Below, in pieces: positions 54,747-64,000 of a stretch of DNA of 64,000 nucleotides. How positions within the stretch are numbered: the first letter of the stretch is position 1; each line of letters opens with the position of its first letter. The DNA lies in the NCBI RefSeq assembly GCF_006345805.1, contig NC_043008.1:67456001-67520000 (forward strand). The letters run 5' to 3'. Position numbers and translations under genes: made by a program. This stretch comes from Octopus sinensis. Taxonomy: Eukaryota. The notes beneath the pieces were generated by a model. That model did no database searches and was not told the DNA's origin. It worked only from the letters and a program-made list of their open reading frames with translations.

Positions 54747-56800
54747 TATATATATAATTATATATATATATATATATGACGGTTTTTTCCAGTTTCCCTC
54801 TATGAAGTCCACTTACAAGGTTTTAGTCGGCCTAGGGCTATAGTAGAAGACACTAGCAAAAGTCTGTACCTGGAACCATGTAGTTGGAAAGCAAACTTCT
54901 TACTACACAACCACGCTTACTTTCTAAAAAGATTCAGCCAATGGAGAGAGTATTGTTTATCCTTTCTTAACACCTGAATTCAGTCATGTGACCCCAGAGT
55001 TTCTTTGACTATTTTACACATAGAGTGTATATGTGTGTGTATGTGTGTGTGTGTGTGTGTGTGATTACAAAGTAACGTTTTCATCCATTCGTTCATGCCA
55101 ATGCTTTAAAATTTAATTTTAAATATTTAAAGGTATTTAAGAAAGGTTATGTAAAAAAGTAAACTAACACCTAAATTATCTATTAGCGTAAAGCTCCGAT
55201 TCATTTAAAAAAGATTAAAACCTAGTAGAATTTCTCATGCTTTCAATCACCCCTAGGATGGCAAAAGGGTTCATTTGTTCAGTTTTCTCTTTACTTTCCC
55301 CAACTTTGAAACAGATAAGAAGTATGTTATCATTCTTGGTAAAGAGAAATCAAAGTTTATGCTGAAAATCAAAACTGAAGTGGGCCGCAAGGAATGTCAT
55401 CGTTATTTTAATTGAATGTAATTTAATAGTTATTTTAATTGAATAGTCTGAGTGAATGACGAGATGACTCATTCTAAAACTTTTTTTTCTGTTTCCCATG
55501 CCTGTTAGTTTTTTAGTATAAGAATACATTTTCTCAGCTTTGAAATGATATTGAAAACGAATATCACTTTGAAGTGATAATCAAAACAAAATCATTTCAT
55601 CGTATAGCTGTTACAAGTGAAGGTGTAATTAAGCCAACGCTCGAAAAAAAAAACCCCCCCAGCATTTGTTGCTATGTTTGGTAAAACTACAAACTTTCGA
55701 ATGAAATCTTAACTGTCACACGCTTTGCGATTTGTTGAGGAGAAGGAAAGGCTTCAAGAAAGGTTTAGGGGATAAGTCAATGTCAATAAATTTAGAACAG
55801 CTGCAGCACTGACAAATGTTGTCCAATGTTATACACATTTACTTAATTCGGTACTCTCTCAATCGGCTTCAAGAGTTCGTGAATATCGAGTTTTCTTCCA
55901 AAATTTAAAAAGAATTTCGACTTTTTTCTCAAAGCCGACAGCTTAAATAGCCCCTACTGGATGAAATCGTTGGAAGGTGATTTCCAAAGTTATAAGTACG
56001 TTACTCGTGCCTTACTAACTACTTCGAAACAGTGCATCATAGGGGGAAAACTATTTTCATTTTCAGACTCCCCATATTTCAAAGCATATAATACTAAACA
56101 TTTCACGGAAAACGGGGGTGGGGGTGGAACACTCGGAAATATTCCCCCACCAACTTCAATAGGGGTGGAATGCATGCCCTTGTTTCCTAGTCACCCCTCG
56201 CCACTGACAGAATCTACTGTCCTAATCATATCTAGCAGCTTTCTTCTGTTGGCACCATTTAACGCCAGCAATATTTTTCTAATTTTTTTACTCAGTAATT
56301 CTTGCAACTCATCTAAAATCTTCTGATAAAATCTTCCTTATTGTTAGCGCCATTATTATTTTTTCTTTAGCTTTTTCTTTGGTTTGAGTTGTATTTCTTA
56401 TATTGTTGTTTGTCTTTCCTACTGCCAGGTCTTTCTATTCTAGTTCTCGTGTGATCTCTTCCACCGCCAATTTTGTCATCCACTTTCTTCTTCTAATAGC
56501 ATTAGCTTGATCTACTAGTCTCTGTTCAGTTACTTTAAAGATGCCTTTCTTTATCCAAAGTGTTAACATCTGTTTTCTACTGCCCTTTCTTTTAGGTTTA
56601 CTATCTAAGTAACATAGTATCACTGTCCTGTTTTCTTCGCTGGTCCACTCTCTCCTCCTTACTCTATTATCTGCTGATGTTGTCTTAAGATAACAGATGT
56701 GGCCAGTCTGCATCTTTATTGCATCTCAAAGGCCCAACCTCATTTTCGCTATTATAACCAGAGTTTCTTGGCAAACTCTTGTCTCTCATAAACTGAGGTA
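51429..56800 (-). mobile_element. Degraded R4-clade LINE family C, long, split by a hAT-like insertion (53812-56206)
   Basis: RREWTSEEN..V..CY (N-terminus), DEQKGCRK, AWIDYRK, G..QGDSLS, EGRGL, ETQRLLIASQDQAL, C....ESVTHIV..C, RHD; stops at WEFNIQT, so the RLE is missing. Confidence 0.88.
53812..56206. mobile_element. Non-autonomous hAT-like element (~2.4 kb) with a nested SINE at about 54390-54918
   Basis: aaagaatc|CAGGGGCGA ... TCGCCACTG|acagaatc: short TIR and 8-bp TSD (7/8 match). The R4 frame resumes across it. Confidence 0.75.
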
Positions 56801-56879
56801 AGGTAACGTACGTCACCATCGTCATCACCACTATTATTTTCCGACGTTTGACAGTTTCATTACAAAGAGATTAGAAAGT

Positions 56880-57198
56880 GCCAGATAATTGACTTTGCAA
56901 TCTCAAATCAATATGTGAGGTATACAAAAAATATCAAAATAGCAGGACCTAGCAATTGAATTACAGAGACTATGGAAAGTACGGATAAAATACATCCCAG
57001 TAGTTATAGGTGCATTAGAAACTACCTCTAAAGATTTCAACAGATGGATAGAGGAAGTGGGCATAAAATCCAGTTCAGTTCAGCTCTAGAAAAGTGTTAT
57101 TAGGGACAGCTAGGTGGATTCTTGCCATCTAAGTTTATATGTTGTAACTCGATGTTAGGAATGTTTCTTTTCCAACAGTTTAATCTGTTGTGTGTACA
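56880..57198 (+). mobile_element. R4-clade LINE 3' fragment (RLE) followed by (AAT)n
   Basis: IIDFAI...K..K.QDLAIELQRLWKV...IPVVIGAL...SVLLGTAR. Confidence 0.8.
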
Positions 57199-57212
57199 AC
57201 AATAATAATAAT

Positions 57213-57268
<56 letters not shown>

Positions 57269-57277
57269 TGATGATGG

Positions 57278-57332
<55 letters not shown>

Positions 57333-57430
57333 AATGATGATGATGATAATAATAATAATATAATCATAATAATGATGATGATGATAATAATAATGATAAT
57401 GATAATAATAGTAATAATAATATAATAATA

Positions 57431-57477
<47 letters not shown>

Positions 57478-57509
57478 TGATGATGATGATGATGATGATG
57501 ATAATGATA

Positions 57510-57978
57510 ATTTTTTATTGGCCACCAGGGACGAACACAAATCATAAAGGACGATATACAAAGGACAGTGGGGTTAAACATGTAAACAGTAAAAAAAAAA
57601 CAGCTGACAAGGAGATTAAACCAACAATATACTTCGTCAAAAGGGGGAGGGGTGACACCGAGAGGTGACCAAAGAAACCTCACACACTTTGGATCTCCTA
57701 ATCAAAGGAACCTTATGTAGCATCCCTCTCCTCCTCATTTCATCCGGTCTACAGGCGGACAATCAGTGTAGGCTCATTCCCACGGGCCATTCTGGCCACA
57801 TTCGCCATTTCAACAAACTTACTGGGTGACAGCACCTCCTTCTCCAGCCTCACTTTTCTGTTCAAGTTCCACCTGAAAAAATCAATGAGGCCTAGGCCGA
57901 AGAGGACGATTTCCCGTCTTCAACCCTTTCAATCGCGTCCACCACGCAACCTCTTTTGCCATAACCACCAGAGAAAAA
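57510..57978 (-). mobile_element. Tx1 LINE 3' fragment
   Basis: VMAKEVAWWTRLKGLKTG; ends gtggccAATAAA plus ATT/ATC repeats. Confidence 0.8.
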
Positions 57979-58023
57979 CTGCGTTCCTTCTCGGTCAAAT
58001 TATTATTATTATTATTATCATCA

Positions 58024-58102
<79 letters not shown>

Positions 58103-58118
58103 GATTATTATTATGATT

Positions 58119-58196
<78 letters not shown>

Positions 58197-58752
58197 GAGT
58201 GAGCGAGCAGAGCATGCCATCAAAGTGACACTGGGGTAAAATTTACGAAGCCCAGTATACCCATCATGACTACTCGTCTGATAAGGGTACACCAGGCACA
58301 TGCATCACAACCATATGTGCGCGATATGGTGATCTCATATCAAGATAAACAGCACATGACCTTGCAGGTGGAGCCCAGTTAGAATTTTCTTCAGATCGAG
58401 TAACCCATCCAGCTCAAAAGGTCCCTGAATAAGGGTTGTTTAAGGAGGCTGAACGAAACACCCATGTTTCCAGAGGTGAACTATTCAAACCCCAAAGAAT
58501 CCCCCTCAACACATGGCTATGATGCTCCCCCACTACTTCTGCTCGTGATCAGAGATGCACATATCGTCAGCCACTAAGGGACATGCTCAACTGGTTAAGG
58601 TCAAACAACTGACAAGCAAATCTGTGGTATTGAGCAGAATATTTGCTGTAGCCCATCTTTTATACCAAGACAAAACAATGTACATGATAACACTTCCAAT
58701 CAGTTAAGATCAGAAGCCATGAGAGCCACTGCCTGGTACTGCATCAGGGCAT
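58197..58752 (-). mobile_element. 556-bp (TAA)n-associated element, full length
   Basis: Same boundaries and length; (TTA)n on both sides. Confidence 0.9.
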
Positions 58753-58818
58753 TTATTATTATTATTATTATTATCATTATTATTATTATTATCATCATCG
58801 TCATCATTATCATGATTA

Positions 58819-60390
58819 CTAGAAAATCTATCCATCTACAATGGAGGCATAAAATGAGGGAGGAAAGTCACCAGCATTGAGAAATGTGTAAATGGACTTG
58901 ATAGATTACTAGGTGATGTCTTATAGAAATAACATTATTATTGGTGATACTGTATTTTATTGCAGCTATATGATATGTGATTGTGACTAAGGGACATGTG
59001 ATGATGATTCAAAGGAAGCGGAAGCTTCCTTCGACCACTACATAAACAGTATTAAGGAAAAATGTTAATTAGATATACTTTTATTTTAGTTGTTTACACT
59101 ATTTGACGCTTGTTTATACTCTTATACATTCAAAATTTACGAATAACCTAATTTAAATTATGAATCATATTCCTTTCGGTAATATCAATATGATTGCAAA
59201 ACTTGTTTGTAGACGATATTTTCTGTTTGGTCGGCACTAATTTTCAAATTACTGCAGTCCGTTGCTCTACTCATAGCGACGTATAACTGGCCGTGTATAA
59301 ACATCGGAGTGGGTAAAAATACACCTACACGATCTAAAGCCTGGCCCTTTGCCATGTTTGCTGTGAATGAGAATGCCGGTTTTATAGAAAACCTCCTGTG
59401 TCTTAATTGGAACGAAAACTGGTCATCGGTTATTATAAGGGGTATCTGCGGAATGAACAGGTGTTTACCATTGTATGGCCAGTCGTAATCACTTCTTCAG
59501 TAATATTGGAACTTAATTCTGTTCCCGTATATCTTATTCCGTTGCAGTGTCCATTGCCTTGATGGAAATTCCTAAGGAGCATTATCGGAGTGTTCTTTTT
59601 CAATTTGATTTTATGGATTAGAAATCCCAATGGGTTTAAGTTGTTCAAGAAATCCTGTGGATACTGGTGGTAGTTTTCGTCATTTATTATATCCGAACTA
59701 CAGTACTCTCGACTTTCCCCGGGAAAGCTGCTAATCACGTGCTCATCCACACTTTTAGCACTTCATTGGTTGAGGCGATGACAGCTCACGAACACAACGA
59801 TGATGCGTTTTTGTAGCTTATTCTGTTCAGCTTGTCTGTATTCACTGTTAAATTCTATCTTATATTTTATAGCCGCAGCTTTCCTGATAGTCCTACAATT
59901 CCTGATTTCCGTTTCCAGGTCATAATCGCAAGGAACGAAGGAAAATTTAATAAAGCATTACACAGCTTTATGCATACAATCGTTATTGACAAAGTTCTTA
60001 GTCGCCATATCCCGATTAAAGATGAGCCAAAGCCATCATAACCATTCCTTAATAAAGCTATCCGAAACTAAAACTTTCGTATATGGTATAATTCAGTGGA
60101 GAAATAAGTTGACTTACTTCCCTTTGTTCCTTTTATTAGTTATCCCCCCCCCCTTAATGTTTATATATCTTTTTCGCCAATAATTTTTATTTACTTTTTT
60201 TTTACGCCCGCAAACTGAACAATTACCCTCAATATCCATTAAATAATCATACTTTATCACATTTTTTTCGCTAAAAACCTGCCTAATTACCTCCTTCGTT
60301 ATCTCGGAAAACATCGTGATCATTGGTCCAGCCGTTTGACCGTGAAGAGGGTACAGACAGACAGACGGACATAACGCCCATTATAGTAAA
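58819..60390 (-). mobile_element. Internally deleted Helitron carrying a PIF1-like helicase C-terminus
   Basis: YPQDFLNNLNP.G...H.IKLK..TPIMLLRN....GHCNG.R; PAFSFTAN.AKGQAL..VGVFL..PMF.HGQLYVAMSR; CTAG 3' end near 58819 and a Helitron-type 5' end near 60390. Confidence 0.85.
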
Positions 60391-60624
60391 ATTATTATTA
60401 TTATTACCTACCTTTCTCTGATACATGAAGTTTCTTGTGAATATCACTTTTAAAAAAACTTTTATTTGCTTTTCTTATCTATCTTTCTCTCTCGGAATTA
60501 AATATTATAGAAATATAATTCTTAACACGAAACACGAAGCTGCATCTATTCAACATGCTAGGTATAGCAGCCAAACGTATTTAAAAGAAACCATACAAAA
60601 TATTTGATAATGTAGTCATAGATA

Positions 60625-60870
60625 TACATAATCCCAGAGAAATAGGGGATCGTCCCAACGCCGTCTTTTGGCCGGGAAGGAAAGGCAATTTCCCTATGTC
60701 TGGTGGTTATGGCAGAGAAGGTAGTATGGCGAACGAGAATGAAAGGACTGAAGACAGTCTTTCCTCTTCAGCCTAGCTCTCATCGACTTTTTGAAGTTCC
60801 ACTTCAACGGGAGAGTGGAGAGGGAAGTTTTACTCGTCAGTATTTTTGTTGAAGGGTGAACTCCCCATGC
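60625..60870 (+). mobile_element. Tx1 LINE ORF2 C-terminal fragment
   Basis: REGKAISLCLVVMAEKVVWRTRMKGLK. Confidence 0.7.
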
Positions 60871-60879
60871 TGAGTTCAG

Positions 60880-61919
<1,040 letters not shown>

Positions 61920-61943
61920 GTTATTATTATTATTATTATTATT

Positions 61944-62790
61944 CTATGTTTGACTTTTGCTTTATGTCTGTACAAGTTGGATCCAAGTCTCACCCAGAGA
62001 CCTCAAGAGACAACAGGTTGGAAGTTATGTGCCATATATTTGGGTTTTTTTTTGGTGTTGTACTAGTGAATGTCTAATACATAAAACTAAAATTAAAAAA
62101 TAAAAAAAAATAATAATTAAATAAAAAAAAGTTTGTTTTAAACCTTGGGATTACATAGAGAGTATTTTGCGTAGGATATGAGCAGTTCCCATGAGCACTA
62201 TCTTTTGAATTTCTGCCATTTTGGGGTTCCTGGTATCTGAGTTAGGTAGCAATCACTCCCTTTCGCTATCATTCCCAGGGCACCTATGACAACAGGTATT
62301 GTTTTAGTCTTCAGGTTCCACATTTTGCTGATTTCTATGTCAAGATCTTTATATTTGCTCAGTTTTTGGTAGGTCTTGACAGATACGTTTATATCGATTG
62401 GGACAGTCATATCAATGAGGAGGCATGTTCTTTGTCTGAAGTCTTTCAACATGATGTCTGGCCTGTTTGCATCTATCTTTCTGTCAGTTTGAATGGTGAA
62501 GTTCCAGAGAAGTGAGATGTGGTCATTTTCAAGCACTGGAGGTGGATTGTGTTCCCACCAGTTTTTTTCATGGGGCAAATCCAGGTTTTTGCAAATTACC
62601 CAGTGAATATATTGTGCAGCTCTATCATGCCTGTTGAGGTACTCTGTAGGCGCTAGAAGACTGCATTTGGAGACAACATGATCAATGGTTTCATTTTGTT
62701 GTCGGCATACACGACATGTTGGGCTACTGCCGTTCTTTAATATGTTGGCCTGGTAGTTTCTTGTTGGTAGGCATTGATCTTGAGCTGCTA
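61944..62790 (-). mobile_element. R4 family B, 5'-truncated copy (tandem unit 1)
   Basis: Near-identical to the 3' part of 27809-29072; (TTA)n on both sides. Confidence 0.95.
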
Positions 62791-62800
62791 TGATAAACCC

Positions 62801-62845
<45 letters not shown>

Positions 62846-62894
62846 TATTATATTATTATTATATTATTATTATTTTATTATTATTATTATTATT

Positions 62895-63751
62895 CTATGT
62901 TTGACTTTTGCTTTATGTCTGTACAAGTTGGATCCAAGTCTCACCCAGAGACCTCAAGAGACAACAGGTTGGAAGTTATGTGCCATATATTTGGGTTTTT
63001 TTTTGGTGTTGTACTAGTGAATGTCTAATACATAAAACTAAAATTAAAAAATAAAAAAAAATAATAATTAAATAAAAAAAAGTTTGTTTTAAACCTTGGG
63101 ATTACATAGAGAGTATTTTGCGTAGGATATGAGCAGTTCCCATGAGCACTATCTTTTGAATTTCTGCCATTTTGGGGTTTCCTGGTATCTGAGTTAGGTA
63201 GCAATCACTCCCTTTCGCTATCATTCCCAGGGCACCTATGACAACAGGTATTGTTTTAGTCTTCAGGTTCCACATTTTGCTGATTTCTATGTCAAGATCT
63301 TTATATTTGCTCAGTTTTTGGTAGGTCTTGACAGATACGTTATATCGATTGGGACAGTCATATCAATGAGGAGGCATGTTCTTTGTCTGAAGTCTTTCAA
63401 CATGATGTCTGGCCTGTTTGCATCTATCTTTCTGTCAGTTTGAATGGTGAAGTTCCAGAGAAGTGAGATGTGGTCATTTTCAAGCACTGGAGGTGGATTG
63501 TGTTCCCACCAGTTTTTTTCATGGGGCAAATCCAGGTTTTTGCAAATTACCCAGTGAATATATTGTGCAGCTCTATCATGCCTGTTGAGGTACTCTGTAG
63601 GCGCTAGAAGACTGCATTTGGAGACAACATGATCAATGGTTTCATTTTGTTGTCGGCATACACGACATGTTGGGCTACTGCCGTTCTTTAATATGTTGGC
63701 CTGGTAGTTTCTTGTTGGTAGGCATTGATCTTGAGCTGCTATGATAAACCC
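62895..63751 (-). mobile_element. R4 family B, 5'-truncated copy (tandem unit 2)
   Basis: Same truncation point (gataaaccc|tta) as unit 1; the differences seen are homopolymer indels. Confidence 0.95.
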
Positions 63752-63822
<71 letters not shown>

Positions 63823-64000
63823 GCTTTATCGCATTATATTGGGAAAGAACACTTAGCGAGCGGAAATAAGAAGTGAACAATATGACCTAGATAAATTGAA
63901 TAAGCTATGATTCATTCCACTCGCTATAAAATAAGATTGCGAAAGCAAAATGCGAATTATATTACAATTTGGAACAAGAATTTAAATGACTTCAGTTCTG

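Noticed and set aside
59433-59750. Host PIF1 helicase gene
   Set aside because: Intronless, frameshifted and bounded by Helitron-type ends.

Overview
Eukaryotic, AT-rich, microsatellite-saturated genomic DNA. The SINE repertoire points to an octopus or other cephalopod (inference). Most ORFs in the track are simple-repeat artefacts. A minus-strand host gene is visible as five phase-compatible exons (36916-37004, 20729-20881, 17655-17837, 12207-12458, 8700-8882) encoding a signal peptide, an unassigned region and an F-type-lectin-fold domain that lacks the canonical fucose-binding residues. A second minus-strand exon cluster (336-2736) looks like part of a class-B/adhesion-type 7TM receptor. 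The rest is transposon-derived: a nearly complete R4/Dong-clade RLE LINE (38.7-42.55 kb, one frame, three stops) and several other R4 families, Tx1/L1 LINEs, Penelope elements with GIY-YIG remnants, hammerhead-like motifs and fold-backs, RTE, hAT, Tc1/mariner, Helitrons, a TIR element with an 8-bp TSD and three tRNA-SINE types. The most notable signal is a non-coding 556-bp element present in six copies, four of them end-to-end. It is always in or next to (TAA)n, shares strand polarity with the R4 LINEs, has an R4-like 3' hairpin, and one copy is fused directly to an R4 body. This suggests a (TAA)n-targeting LINE/non-autonomous-partner system within a wider partitioning of microsatellite types among retroelements.
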